The notes under the pieces were generated by a model. The model did no database searches and was not told the DNA's origin. It saw only the letters and a program-made list of their open reading frames with translations. From NCBI GenBank assembly GCA_965223265.1, contig OZ244999.1:4576001-4640000 (forward strand): DNA of 64,000 nt, read 5' to 3'. The position numbers and the translations under genes were made by a program. The stretch comes from Planctomycetota bacterium (GTDB taxonomy: Bacteria; Planctomycetota; UBA8108; SXIK01). This document shows, one piece after another, positions 21,515 to 31,922 of the stretch. Positions within the stretch are counted from its first letter, which is position 1, and each line of letters opens with the position of its first letter.

Positions 21515-22645
21515 TCAATTCTCGTACGCTGCAGGTAGGGTCCAGTTGGTGGCTCGTCCGAGCACCTCGTGAGCGTCGACAAACCAGGCCGCGCCGCCGT
21601 GCTGAGGAGCCGAGCGGGAGTCAGATTCCGGCAGATCAGTAACCGCTGGCAGGTCCGGAAGTACCAGATAAACCCGTCGAGGCAGTCTCAGGTGCCAATC
21701 GTCACCGACAAGCTGGACTCCGGTAGCCCCCGTGTCTGGCGCGGGAGTCCCGAGGAAGAACGCTTTAACCGCATGCACCGTACGCACCGTACGGTGGCGT
21801 CGTCCCGCCCTCTCGAACGAGCGACGTTGATCGGTTCGGCTGAGGTCGAGACGCAGTCCGTTGACGGTGATTTGGCCCGAGCTCAGTGCCACAGTGTCTC
21901 TCGGTGTGGCAAGGACACGGCCCAAAGAGATGACTTTCCCCGGCGCCCTAGCGAACGCGATGACCTCACCATGGACGGGCCGAATGAATCGCGATGACAG
22001 CAGCACGACACGGTCGCCCGACTGAAAGAGGGGCTCCAGTGCACGCGAACGCACGTACGCCGTGCTGATATGCGCGCTGAGAATCCAAGCCGAAACAGCA
22101 AGGATCGCGATGACGACAATGCACCCGTAGGCGGCGATTGCCGGCATGCGAACGCCGCGAGCCAGCGGCTCGCCGCGCTGCGACCACACCGTCGCGGCGG
22201 GTCCGAGACCGGAACAAAGTAGCAGTGCGGTCAAGATCAGGAGAATCCAGGGCGCAGCGACAGTGGAGAAGGACCAAACCACATAGGCCAGAAGCGCGCC
22301 TGGCAACAAAGCCGCGAGGAAAACTCCAGACCAGAGCACTCCAGCGACAAGCCGGCCAGCGTACAGATGACCGCAGCCGGGAATCAGCGACAGAAGGAAA
22401 GCCGTCGCCGTGCTGCGAATCTGCTCGTCGCGCCGACAGTGTGGCGCTGACGCTTGACTGAGAGTCGGCGTCTCGACTCGACCGCTCGCCAAGGAGTCCG
22501 GCGCGTTGACCGCCGGCGCCGCGTCGGCTTCGCGATCTGGAAGAGGTGCCGGAAGGAGTTTCATCGTTTGAGTATACTCCAAGAGGCAAACTGGGACGAC
22601 CGCGACCGTGTCGACAGACGACGCAGCTCGCGGTTCTCCACTCAC
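21515..22645 (-). CDS. Signal peptidase I (S26)-like membrane protein lacking the catalytic Ser/Lys
   Basis: SLIPGCGHLYAG TM region; VRSRALEPLFQSGDRV (box B-like); SLGRVLATPRDTV (box D-like); GQITVNG; start uncertain. Confidence 0.65.
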   Translation of the reverse strand: MSGEPRAASSVDTVAVVPVCLLEYTQTMKLLPAPLPDREADAAPAVNAPDSLASGRVETPTLSQASAPHCRRDEQIRSTATAFLLSLIPGCGHLYAGRLVAGVLWSGVFLAALLPGALLAYVVWSFSTVAAPWILLILTALLLCSGLGPAATVWSQRGEPLARGVRMPAIAAYGCIVVIAILAVSAWILSAHISTAYVRSRALEPLFQSGDRVVLLSSRFIRPVHGEVIAFARAPGKVISLGRVLATPRDTVALSSGQITVNGLRLDLSRTDQRRSFERAGRRHRTVRTVHAVKAFFLGTPAPDTGATGVQLVGDDWHLRLPRRVYLVLPDLPAVTDLPESDSRSAPQHGGAAWFVDAHEVLGRATNWTLPAAYEN

Positions 22646-22821
22646 ACTCTCAGACGTCCAAACACGCTTTGTGTTTCACACTTTTCCAGCCCCCGGGAGC
22701 CCCAATCCGCGCCACGGCGCCCACCCGCTGCTCACCTGGCGCCGCCTCGCCCGAGCCAAGCCGCGGTGGGCCTCCCCGCGTCGCGGCGCGCTTGAAGCGG
22801 CGCGGTTCGAAGCGGCGCGCC

Positions 22822-24024
22822 TCACTTCTGGAGCAGGAGGTTCACGCCCTTTTTGTTTGCCAGGACGATATCGAGGCGGCCATCTCCGTTCATATCGCGG
22901 ACGGCGAACTGCGTGCCGATTCCGGTGCCGCGGCCAGCGACGATCTCGTGCGACGTGAACTTGGGCGCCACGCCACGCTGGCGTTTGATATCAATCCAGT
23001 ACACGACGACGGTGTCTTTGCCGCCTGGATCGCGACCGTTGTGCGCGAAAAACCTCTTGCCCGTGATGAGCTCGCTTTCGCCGTCCCCGTCGATGTCGGC
23101 AAACGCCAGGGCGTGCGTCTGCGAAAACGATTCGTCGATGAGGTGATACTTAAACTTGGTGTGGTCGTCACTTCCAAGGTTTTCGAACCACCAGACGCCG
23201 AAGTCGTGAGCCGAGCTCATCATGATGTCAGGGTCGCCGTCGAGATCGAGATCTTGAACAAAAAGGTTCGCCGCCCGCAGAGGCTTCGTGTCTTTGCTCT
23301 TCGACAGCGAATAGCTGTGAAACTTCCAGTGCGATGCCGTCGGTTTCTCAGGCGCCTCGTACCACCCGTGTGGGATCAGAATGTCGACTCGTCCATCCCC
23401 GTTGAGGTCGGCGTGGCCGAGACCGTGGTAGAACCTGCCGGAACCGTTGGTGTTGGAATCTCCCGCCTCTGAGAGCGCGTGGTACGCCCACTTCTCACGG
23501 GCTTTGTCAGGAGACGGGACAGAGAGGAACCCGAGTGTTTTGTCGGCGCCGAGAATCAATTCAGGTTTACCGTCACCCGTCACATCGCCAAAATTCGGCG
23601 ATTCGTTGCACGCGGAGTGATGGATCACGTGCTTCTTCCAGTGTTTCTTCGCGTCACGCGGATTCTCAAACCAGTGGCATGCTTCGCCCGGAAAGCCAAC
23701 GACGATCAGGTCGTCGACACCGTCACCGCTCACATCGTAGGCAAAGTTTCCGAAGCTCTGGCTATACCCCTTGTCGAAGCTGTACTTGCCGGGCGGCTGA
23801 ATCTCGTGCATCTTCCAGTGCGGTGCTTCGTACCAGACTTCACCACAAAGGATGTCAGGCTTGCCGTCGCCATTGACGTCTGCCGCGGCCGCACCCTCTG
23901 AGCGAAAGACGCTATCGAGCTGGACGCGTTCCCAACCAAGGTCCTCGGCGGCATGCGTCGAGAGTGGCAAAATCGTGGTGAGCGCGAGTGCGCCGAGACC
24001 GCAGGTGAGCGCTGAGCGGGTCAT
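22822..24024 (-). CDS. Secreted FG-GAP/VCBS repeat protein
   Basis: Signal peptide; repeated D(V/L)xGDGxxD motifs. Confidence 0.85.
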   Translation of the reverse strand: MTRSALTCGLGALALTTILPLSTHAAEDLGWERVQLDSVFRSEGAAAADVNGDGKPDILCGEVWYEAPHWKMHEIQPPGKYSFDKGYSQSFGNFAYDVSGDGVDDLIVVGFPGEACHWFENPRDAKKHWKKHVIHHSACNESPNFGDVTGDGKPELILGADKTLGFLSVPSPDKAREKWAYHALSEAGDSNTNGSGRFYHGLGHADLNGDGRVDILIPHGWYEAPEKPTASHWKFHSYSLSKSKDTKPLRAANLFVQDLDLDGDPDIMMSSAHDFGVWWFENLGSDDHTKFKYHLIDESFSQTHALAFADIDGDGESELITGKRFFAHNGRDPGGKDTVVVYWIDIKRQRGVAPKFTSHEIVAGRGTGIGTQFAVRDMNGDGRLDIVLANKKGVNLLLQK

Positions 24025-24540
24025 GTTGTCTCCTTCTTCGAGGCGTCGTTTGGAGAGTCAGGATGACGGCTGAAAGCTAGCGACGCAAGGTGAATCGGAG
24101 TTCGCGAAGCAGCAGCGCCGTCGACTCCGGGAGTGCGGCTCCCTGACCGCCCCCAGCACCTGCAGAAAGTGGCGAGCAAAGAACGGCGGAGCGTGCGCCA
24201 GTTGCGGAGTGTCGAGACGCGGCGGCACCCGCGGGGTACTTCACCGTACGTGAGCATTGCCCTCAGTCCATGGCAGATCGCTGGCGGCCGGTAACGCTAC
24301 ACGCCAAAATCGCGCATTTCGACCATTCTGGGCGATGGATTTTGGTGAGAAATTCAATAGAATCCTCGCGCGTGCCTTCTGCGGAATGGATGAGGGCACC
24401 GGACATGGGGACAACGAATCAACAGCCCGTTGAACAAGTGCTTCGAGCTGAAAGCTAGGCGCGACGAGGCCAGTTTCTCGGCGCGTGACGTTCTAGGCGG
24501 GCTGCACAGTCAGCAACGGACAACGCGAAAGGAACACGCT

Positions 24541-25866
24541 ATGACTCGAGCGTGCGCGAGGGGTGTGCTTTGGTTGGCGATGGCCGTAGTTTTTTTCGCG
24601 CCGGGCGTCGTGCACGCCGCGGACGGCATCGATTCCGGGGACACATCCTGGATTCTCGTGTCGACGGCCTTCGTGCTGTTCATGAACATTCCCGGACTCG
24701 CGCTCTTCTACGGTGGGCTCGTTCGCAGTAAAAATGTCCTCTCCATCCTCATGCAGTGTCTCGCGCTCACAGCGGTGATCACTCTGGTGTGGCTCGTCTG
24801 CGGGTACAGCCTGGCGTTCGACACGACGGGAATGGAGGAAGGCAAAGTCGGGCTGCGCTCTTTCATCGGTAGTTTCGGTCGCGTCTTTCTCTCCGGAGTC
24901 TCTGCCGAAACGCAGTGGGGGTCGACCGGCATCCCCGAAGTCCTCTTCTTCGCGTTTCAGATGACGTTCGCGATCATCACTCCGGCGCTCATCATCGGCG
25001 CTTTCGCCGAGCGCATTAAGTTCTCGGCCATGATGATTTTCTCGATCGTGTGGATCCTCGTCGTCTACGCGCCGATCGCGCACATGACTTGGGGCGGAGC
25101 CGGCGGCTGGTTCGCCGACATGGGCGTGATGGACTTTGCCGGCGGCATCGTCGTTCACATCACGGCCGGCGTCGCGGCTCTCGTCGCAGCGATCATGGTG
25201 GGCAAGCGGCGCGGCTATCCCGACGAACCGATGCCTCCACACAACCTGACGATGACCTTCGCCGGCACCGCCATGCTCTGGGTCGGCTGGTTCGGATTCA
25301 ACGCCGGAAGCCAGCTGGCGGCAGACGGCGGCGCGGCGATGACGCTCGCGGTCACCCACATTTCGGCGGCGACCGCAACGACCGCGTGGATGGTGATCGA
25401 GTGGATCAAGAATGGCAAGCCGAGCGTCCTCGGCCCAGCGACCGGAGCGATCGCTGGACTCGCGGCCGTGACGCCGGCGTCGGGCTTCATCGGCCCACTT
25501 GGCGGCTTCACGATCGGGCTCGTCTCGGGCTGCGTTTGCTACTGGGCAGCGACGAGCCTCAAGAGACGGCTCGGGTACGACGACTCCCTGGACGTCTTCG
25601 GCGTGCACGGCGTCGGCGGACTGATCGGTACGATCCTCGTCGGCGTCTTCGCTTCGGACAGCCTCGGAGGCAATCAGGAGGGGCTCGAGATCGGCAAGGC
25701 CGTCGGCACGCAGGCATTCGCCGCTGGCGTGACGATCGTCTACACGGTCGTGGCTTCGTTCGTGATCCTCAAGGTCGTCGACGTCGTGATCGGTTTGCGA
25801 ATCGAGGAAGACTCTGAGCTCCAGGGACTCGACGTGTCGTCGCACGGGGAGTCTGGTTACAACTAA
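24541..25866 (+). CDS. amt: Ammonium transporter
   Basis: FQMTFAIITPALIIGA, DFAGGIVVH, WVGWFGFNAGS, DDSLDVFGVHG; both conserved His present; no adjacent glnK. Confidence 0.96.
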   Translation: MTRACARGVLWLAMAVVFFAPGVVHAADGIDSGDTSWILVSTAFVLFMNIPGLALFYGGLVRSKNVLSILMQCLALTAVITLVWLVCGYSLAFDTTGMEEGKVGLRSFIGSFGRVFLSGVSAETQWGSTGIPEVLFFAFQMTFAIITPALIIGAFAERIKFSAMMIFSIVWILVVYAPIAHMTWGGAGGWFADMGVMDFAGGIVVHITAGVAALVAAIMVGKRRGYPDEPMPPHNLTMTFAGTAMLWVGWFGFNAGSQLAADGGAAMTLAVTHISAATATTAWMVIEWIKNGKPSVLGPATGAIAGLAAVTPASGFIGPLGGFTIGLVSGCVCYWAATSLKRRLGYDDSLDVFGVHGVGGLIGTILVGVFASDSLGGNQEGLEIGKAVGTQAFAAGVTIVYTVVASFVILKVVDVVIGLRIEEDSELQGLDVSSHGESGYN

Positions 25867-25895
25867 GCCAGCTTGAGTCTGGCCATTCGGTGCAC

Positions 25896-26024
25896 GTAAG
25901 TAGCACGCACATGCCTCGTGTGCCGGCGCCGGAAGAATCCGGACTGCACACAAGAGTGTGCCTGCTGCGATCAAGACGTCGCCAACACGATCTTCAAAGT
26001 AGCAGGCACACGCCGTGTGCCGTT
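25896..26024. repeat. REP cluster downstream of amt (degenerate forward, inverted and intact forward copies)
   Basis: AAAGTAGCAGGCACACGCCGTGTGCCGTTC at ~25996-26025; inverted copy ~25941-25969; degenerate copy ~25896-25928. Confidence 0.7.
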
Positions 26025-26156
26025 CCGGAGGTAAGCGCGAGTTGCGACGGCAGTTCTTAGAACTTCACAGTCTCTCCTGTGTGCCGCCCGGGCGTGACCG
26101 TGAGATGTGACGGCACGTTCAAAAAAAGTCGGGTGCCGTAGCTCTGGTCCCAGACT

Positions 26157-27173
26157 ATGGCACACCCAAGCCGCCTGCTTGCGACCCGCAGAACGATCGC
26201 AGTCGAACGACGAGTTGTGCGCCCCATGGCTCCAAGAAGACTCCTGCCAAGAATCGTCACGCTGTCGACACTGGTTCTCGCACTACTTCTCGGAGCGGCG
26301 ACGTGGTCGTCGTGGGATCACATTCGGTTCGTGTGGCTCTTCGAGTCGCTCGGCATGAACGCGCAAGGCTATTTCGAGTATCGCCACCGCCGGAGCGGAA
26401 TCGTGATGGTGCGACTTCCGGGTGGGGCCTTCTGGATGGGTGAGCAACTGGATGACCCGTTGGGCCAGAACTATGACCCGAAGACCGACCTCACCGGTTC
26501 TGACATGCACGTCCACCAAGTCATCCTGAGTCCCTTTTTGATCGGTAAATACGAAGTAACTCAAGCGCAGTGGCAGGCGATGATCGGTACGAACCCATCG
26601 TACTTTCAAGGCAGGTATGCCCCCGCTGGCGTTGGCTCCGAGACATTGCCGGTCGACAGTGTCTATCGTGACGAGCTCACAGCCTCCCAGGGATTCCTGG
26701 AGCAAACGGGTCTCAAGTTACCCACCGAAGCGCAGTGGGAGTATGCGTGTCGCGGCGGCAAGACGAGACCCGTTCCGGGTCCGGGCGAGCTCGACGAGAC
26801 GGCGTGGTACGACGCCAGCGGCAAAGGGGCGACGGCGGGTTCGATCGCCTTCCCACCAAACTCGCCGCCGCCACCGAAAGCCAAGACACACCCGGTTGGC
26901 GGCAAGAAACCGAATGGCTTTGGCCTCCACGACATGCTCGGAAACGTCGAAGAGTGGTGCGCAGATTCCTTCAATGCCGCGTTTTATGTGGAGTCTGAGG
27001 GAATGCGAGATCCTCTCGCGCAAGGCCCCACCGGGGCCGATGGGATCTTTCGCGGCGGCAGCTGGGGGGACAGCGCCGAGGCTTGTCGCTGCGCTCGCCG
27101 CAATGGCTGGCGCACTGACGAGAGCCGAGTGTCGACGTTCGGGTTTCGCGTCGCTTTTTATCCCGTGCCGTAG
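26157..27173 (+). CDS. FGE-sulfatase (SUMF1/EgtB/PvdO, C-lectin fold) domain protein with N-terminal TM
   Basis: PGGAFWMG, KYEVTQAQW, LPTEAQWEYACRGG, PNGFGLHDMLGNVEEW, RGGSW, FGFRVA; start may be 26226. Confidence 0.9.
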   Translation: MAHPSRLLATRRTIAVERRVVRPMAPRRLLPRIVTLSTLVLALLLGAATWSSWDHIRFVWLFESLGMNAQGYFEYRHRRSGIVMVRLPGGAFWMGEQLDDPLGQNYDPKTDLTGSDMHVHQVILSPFLIGKYEVTQAQWQAMIGTNPSYFQGRYAPAGVGSETLPVDSVYRDELTASQGFLEQTGLKLPTEAQWEYACRGGKTRPVPGPGELDETAWYDASGKGATAGSIAFPPNSPPPPKAKTHPVGGKKPNGFGLHDMLGNVEEWCADSFNAAFYVESEGMRDPLAQGPTGADGIFRGGSWGDSAEACRCARRNGWRTDESRVSTFGFRVAFYPVP

Positions 27174-27207
27174 GGGCCACTCAGACTCCTGACGGATCGA
27201 GTTTCTT

Positions 27208-29358
27208 CTACGAACGAGACTCCAGGACATCGAGAAGAAAACGCTCAGCTTCGTCTCCACCGCTCCGTCCAATCGCCCTGAGCAGAAGAATTCGTGCGTG
27301 GAGGACGTCGGATTTCCTGATCATCCCGATCTCGTCACAATCTCTGTATGCGGCGACCAACCGCGGCACCAACTCCGGACAACGCGTCCGCGAGAACGTC
27401 GAGATCAAGCCGATGAATGGCCAGACCTCGGCAAGCGGAATCTGTCGGATGCGACCGATGATCCGTCCTCGAATCTCCTCGTCCTCCACGTAATTGAGAA
27501 GGCCGACAAGGCTCTCACGAACCGCAGCAAGATCAGCATCATTCGCCATGCCGGCTTCCAACACCGCTTCGACGCCTGAGAGATCGCCGCGTTCGCTGAG
27601 CAGTACGGCGGTGCGCCAATCGCTGGGACGACGACAAAGTCGCCGAAGCGTCGCCGCGCACTCATCGCTCTCGATCAAAGAAAGAATGTCGCGCATGTGG
27701 TGAGGCATGTAGGGGTAGATCTTCTCGGCGAACTCAAGGGCTTCAGGCACGTCAAATGCTACCAGAGCGCGCATGATAGGGTACATTCGGGCGTTCGGTT
27801 GGTCGGACGGCGTGGACTGCTCACTTAAGTAGTTCGCGATCTGCCCCTTGAGCTCCGGAATCGTCTCTCTGGCATCCAGTTGGACCAGGTAATGCGCCTC
27901 GACGCAGGCTGGCTTCTTGGTCGCGGACGGCTTGGACACACCACCGTAGGCAGCGAGAGGATCGCGCAGGACCTGAAGATAACCCAGAAGAGCTCCCGGT
28001 GTTCGCAGATCGTTGCCTCCTCGTCCTCCCAAAGAACGACGCATCCGACCTGACAACAAAGACTCCAAGATCAATGGGATCGCGCGGCGGTCCTTCAATG
28101 CCATGAGGCACGGCAGAAGTGGGTAGAGACCGTCGCTAGGTTCTGTGGTCTTCAGCCAGTTCTGTTGGCGCGCTTCGATTAAGGGTTCAACGAACGTAGG
28201 AGAAGGCGCCATCGTCACGGCGCGTGCAATCGGAGACGCGCCAGGCTTGCCGATGCGTGCGGCGATGAACGGAGTGACGCGTGGGTCGCCGGACTGCGCT
28301 AAAAGCATGATGAGGACGTCCCGCTGACGCTCGGACGCTGTTGTCTTTCGGAGCTCATCGAGGAGTGTGTCCGCGAACTCTTCTTTGATGTGCGGTAGCC
28401 AGTCAATGGTCAATTCGTAGGCCTGGCGATCATCAAGTCTCAGCATCCCATCGAGGGCGGTTCTGAAGGCTTGCTGGTCCCCCGAGGCAACCAGCGCCTG
28501 GAAGAACGGCTTCGTCGCCATCTGATCTCGCCAAGCTGATTCCTTCCGGCACTCTCGCAGAATCGCCAACTCCGACCGAGTTGGTGACATCAGCAAGAAC
28601 CGGAACGCGACGTCAGCGAGCCCCCGCGATGTCTTGCGGAGCTGCGGTTCCCACACGAAAGGACGACCGCCAAGCGTCTCCAAATAGGAACGGCCATAGG
28701 AAGTCATCCCGCCGCAATACAGTTTCAGGGCGAGCTCGCCGGCGAACTTCCGATTTTCTGCGTTGACGGTCTCATCGAGAAACGTACGCCCGAGTTTCTC
28801 GCTCGCCACTCCGCTCTCGACGTATCGTTGATAGACTTCTCTGATGACGCCGAAGCGATCAAGGAAGACCATGAAGCGTTCTCCGTCCGTCGTTTCGGGA
28901 TGTTGCTGACGAATCTCTTCAAGAACGCCCTTCTCCCAGTCGACGCCGAGGTGATCCATCGCCGCAGCGTAGGCGTCTCCCAGCTTGATCGGTGTCACCA
29001 GGTTGGTTGGCGCCTTCGGTCGTCGCACGAACGGCTCATGAAGGTCCTTGAGTTCGCCGGCGAGGACTCGAGCGGCACGCTCGTCGTTCGTGCGCCCAAG
29101 AGCGAGCGCAAGGAAATACCGTTGGTAGTCATCAGCAGCTGCAAACGCGGCAGCGAGGCGGGAGTAGCTCGAGTCGGTCGCGCAAAGTGACAACCCTTCG
29201 GCAGCGACGCGTGGAAGGTCTTCAGGCTCGTACTGCAGCCGTCTCAGCTCTCCGGCGACCGGAGAACTGAGACAGTAGAAGACGACCGTCGCGACGATGG
29301 TCACTTTGGGCCGCGGGGCTCGCGACAGCACTTGTCTATCCCAGATGAGGCTTCGCAC
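27208..29358 (-). CDS. HEAT-repeat-like exported hypothetical protein
   Basis: 716 aa; ALALGR.ND.RA, LAQSGDPRVTPFI, ALKDRRAIPLI, AIGRSGGDEA repeats; signal-like N-terminus. Confidence 0.65.
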   Translation of the reverse strand: MRSLIWDRQVLSRAPRPKVTIVATVVFYCLSSPVAGELRRLQYEPEDLPRVAAEGLSLCATDSSYSRLAAAFAAADDYQRYFLALALGRTNDERAARVLAGELKDLHEPFVRRPKAPTNLVTPIKLGDAYAAAMDHLGVDWEKGVLEEIRQQHPETTDGERFMVFLDRFGVIREVYQRYVESGVASEKLGRTFLDETVNAENRKFAGELALKLYCGGMTSYGRSYLETLGGRPFVWEPQLRKTSRGLADVAFRFLLMSPTRSELAILRECRKESAWRDQMATKPFFQALVASGDQQAFRTALDGMLRLDDRQAYELTIDWLPHIKEEFADTLLDELRKTTASERQRDVLIMLLAQSGDPRVTPFIAARIGKPGASPIARAVTMAPSPTFVEPLIEARQQNWLKTTEPSDGLYPLLPCLMALKDRRAIPLILESLLSGRMRRSLGGRGGNDLRTPGALLGYLQVLRDPLAAYGGVSKPSATKKPACVEAHYLVQLDARETIPELKGQIANYLSEQSTPSDQPNARMYPIMRALVAFDVPEALEFAEKIYPYMPHHMRDILSLIESDECAATLRRLCRRPSDWRTAVLLSERGDLSGVEAVLEAGMANDADLAAVRESLVGLLNYVEDEEIRGRIIGRIRQIPLAEVWPFIGLISTFSRTRCPELVPRLVAAYRDCDEIGMIRKSDVLHARILLLRAIGRSGGDEAERFLLDVLESRS

Positions 29359-29662
29359 GTCAGTGATCGTCTGGTGAACGGTTCTTTTCGATCGCCCGGT
29401 CTCTATCGCTCGGCGCGGATGAGCGTACGTTCCTGGTCTTCGTCGTCCGGCATGCTGACGTCGGCAGCGGACGATTCGCCCCTCTCAGCATCCCCGGATC
29501 GTTCGCATCCAGGGCCTGGACCACTAATGACTTGCCCACGATGGCTCGGGCCTCCTGCACGGCCGACTTCATGTGTGTCCGCAGTGCCTCGACGATACAT
29601 CCAGGTACAACACGGTTCCAGACAGCTCCAAACGAGCGGCTGCTTGTAAGTCGTTGCAGGAC

Positions 29663-29701
29663 AAAAAACAAACGCCCGAAAGCGCTAAACTTTCAGGCGT
29701 T
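29663..29701 (-). terminator. Rho-independent terminator after tRNA-Gly(CCC)
   Basis: Minus strand AACGCCTGAAAG-loop-CTTTCGGGCGTT followed by TGTTTTTT. Confidence 0.75.
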
Positions 29702-29706
29702 ATAAA

Positions 29707-29781
<75 letters not shown>

Positions 29782-29798
29782 ACATGTTTCGTGTTAGG

Positions 29799-29828
29799 AG
29801 TCTACCATTCGCATCCTGGGCTCCGCAA
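29799..29828 (-). promoter_or_regulatory. Island-borne promoter facing the intact tRNA-Gly
   Basis: Minus strand TTGCGG-N18-TAGACT with extended -10 TGG. Confidence 0.6.
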
Positions 29829-29930
29829 GAGGCTGCGCGGAAAGGGGTTTCGGTGCCGAAGGGGGCGGAATCGGCTCAGTTCTGTACGGGTTGCCGGGTC
29901 ATCGTTCCGATGGTTTTCTTGAGGAGACGA

Positions 29931-29950
29931 AACGACCCGCTAACGACCCG
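29931..29950 (+). repeat. Putative integrase arm-type sites, left: AACGACCCG x2, 11-bp period
   Basis: 29931-29939 and 29942-29950; same pair at 37227-37245. Confidence 0.65.
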
Positions 29951-29965
29951 TTCCGAAAAACCGAT

Positions 29966-31207
29966 ATGCCAGCGCACGAACACGTTCCATTCGAGCACCT
30001 TGTCCGGCGCAAGCTGTACAAAGAGAAGAACGGTCGCTGGTACTGTCGCGTGTTCGATACACGGACCAAGAGACTGCACAAGGTGTGCACCCGGCAGACC
30101 GTCAAGCGGCTCGCAGACAAGGCGGTCGATGACTGGATCAAGGCGAAGCTGCGTGAAGACTCGGACGGGATCTCGCACTTCCGAAGATTCGACGAGGCTT
30201 ACGAAGAGTACCTGCGCACTCGCCAGATCAGTGCGTCCACTCGAATCGAGTACAAATCCTGCTATCGCCAGTTCCTGCCGCATTTCGGCGAAAAGTACGT
30301 TCACGAAATCACGTTTGCGGACGTGGAGCACTTCCTCAAGGAATCAGAACTCAAAAGACGTTCTCGCCGGACCCGGCAGAAACACCTCGCCTATCTTCGT
30401 GCGTTCTTCCGCTGGGCGATCCATCGCCAACTGGCGCGTAAGAACCCTACAGACGGTCAGAGCGTCCCTAATGCCACGCGGCGAGTCGGGGTCGCCCTCA
30501 CACGCGAGGAAGCCGAACGACTTGTCAGAGCGTGCGAAAGGAGGTTCAAGAAGGATCTCCAGAACGGAAGGGGTAAATGGGAGCAGGAGTACGTCCCGCC
30601 CCGATACCTGCTTCTCGCGGTCCTAATCTCCCTCCACACAGGACTCCGACGCGGAAACGTGCTCGGGCTCAAGTGGAAGCACGTCGATCTTGACCGACGA
30701 AGCATTCGTCTACCGGCGGCGATGCTGAAGACCGACGTGGACCACGAGATTCCGCTCCACGACGAGCTGTACCACCTGTTCTACGGGCGTGAAGGTGACC
30801 CGGACGATCCGGTCGTGGGAAAGAAGCTGAAGAGCATCACCAAGAGTTTCAAAGCGGCGGTCAAGCGAGCGGGGGTACGGGACCTTCGGTGGCATGACCT
30901 TCGCCACACGTTCTCGACGTGGATCGCCGGTGTGACTTCGCTGGCGGTCCAGCAGAGGCTCTTGAGCCATTCACCCGGCAAGAACATGTCGCTGAGGTAC
31001 ACACACGTCCCGTTCGAGAAACTGAAGAAAGCCATCGATGCGCTGCCGAATCTTCATCGCGAGAACTACACGTTTCTTCCCGGCAGTCGAACGTACACGG
31101 GAGATGCGACGTTCTCCGATCCGGTGGAAGCCGAGCCTGGCGAGATGTACCGTGAGGACTACGAAGAAGTTCACTACGGAATCAGAGACCACGATCCGAA
31201 CGGATAG
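29966..31207 (+). CDS. Tyrosine recombinase/integrase
   Basis: HTGLRRG (R), LKTD (K), HDLRH (HxxR), LSHS (H), LRYTH (Y); N-terminal GRWYCRV arm-binding-like segment. Confidence 0.95.
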   Translation: MPAHEHVPFEHLVRRKLYKEKNGRWYCRVFDTRTKRLHKVCTRQTVKRLADKAVDDWIKAKLREDSDGISHFRRFDEAYEEYLRTRQISASTRIEYKSCYRQFLPHFGEKYVHEITFADVEHFLKESELKRRSRRTRQKHLAYLRAFFRWAIHRQLARKNPTDGQSVPNATRRVGVALTREEAERLVRACERRFKKDLQNGRGKWEQEYVPPRYLLLAVLISLHTGLRRGNVLGLKWKHVDLDRRSIRLPAAMLKTDVDHEIPLHDELYHLFYGREGDPDDPVVGKKLKSITKSFKAAVKRAGVRDLRWHDLRHTFSTWIAGVTSLAVQQRLLSHSPGKNMSLRYTHVPFEKLKKAIDALPNLHRENYTFLPGSRTYTGDATFSDPVEAEPGEMYREDYEEVHYGIRDHDPNG

Positions 31208-31344
31208 GTCGAGTAGTAGATGGACACACTCTTCCTCTTGGTTGCGTGTTCCCTTCTCGGCAAGCGCCGATCTCGCAATTCGTCCGAGAGATCGAGAACC
31301 GCCTTTTGCCTCTTGGTAATCTCCTTCTTCGTAATCTTTGTTGA

Positions 31345-31920
31345 TCACCGTCGGGCAAGGGCTCGCGAACGAATCGAAATTGCCGAGACGGTCGTGCTGA
31401 AGGAGAGGGTGGCGGTACTCCACCGGAGGGTCATGCGTTCAGTCCCATTCGAGAGAACTTGCCCTTTGGTGAACACAAGACGCCAACCATCCTTTTCAGG
31501 AAATGGGTGCTTCTGCGAATCAAACGATCCACGTTCTATCGCGTCGCCTTTCGCATCGACGAATCGGATCTCGTACGATTCGAGGAGCGATCCTTGGTCC
31601 GACGAGACGAATCGGGCAGCGAACGGATCTGTCCACTGTTCGGTCGTTCCCCCGACGCCCCACCAAATCGCTCCGCGCAGCTCTATTAGTCGCGGAGCCG
31701 ACACCTCAATGTTGTCGGTGATGAGGTCGTCAATCCAACGCTCCTTACTCCATCGCCCGTCCGACGCCAGGAGGCTATCAAGAAGCCGAGAGACGGCGCT
31801 GCACATCCAACGGCGGCGATCTTCAGTGATCTCGTCATCGCGATGAGCCAGGCAATCGAAGTATCGACTGATATGCTCAGCCGCCTTGCTTTCGATCGCA
31901 TTGTGGTCCAGGCGGTTCAT
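31345..31920 (-). CDS. Hypothetical protein (island cargo)
   Basis: ATG two bases after the stop of the upstream ORF; Trp/acidic-rich. Confidence 0.55.
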   Translation of the reverse strand: MNRLDHNAIESKAAEHISRYFDCLAHRDDEITEDRRRWMCSAVSRLLDSLLASDGRWSKERWIDDLITDNIEVSAPRLIELRGAIWWGVGGTTEQWTDPFAARFVSSDQGSLLESYEIRFVDAKGDAIERGSFDSQKHPFPEKDGWRLVFTKGQVLSNGTERMTLRWSTATLSFSTTVSAISIRSRALARR

Positions 31921-31922
31921 CG

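Noticed and set aside
24493-25974. Long antisense ORFs over amt, and similarly over tuf, rpoB, rplK/nusG and the giant genes
   Set aside because: Shadow frames expected with high GC3; the opposite strand has clear family motifs.
26157-27173. Diversity-generating retroelement (FGE/C-lectin target plus Avd-like gene at 16886)
   Set aside because: No reverse transcriptase and no template repeat matching the 3' region seen in the window; the two genes are 9 kb apart. A remote template cannot be excluded without a genome search.
29640-29662. TAAGTCGTTG IHF-like motif suggesting a second element at the tRNA 3' side
   Set aside because: Only a partial consensus match, and no displaced 3' tRNA fragment or second integrase found to the left.
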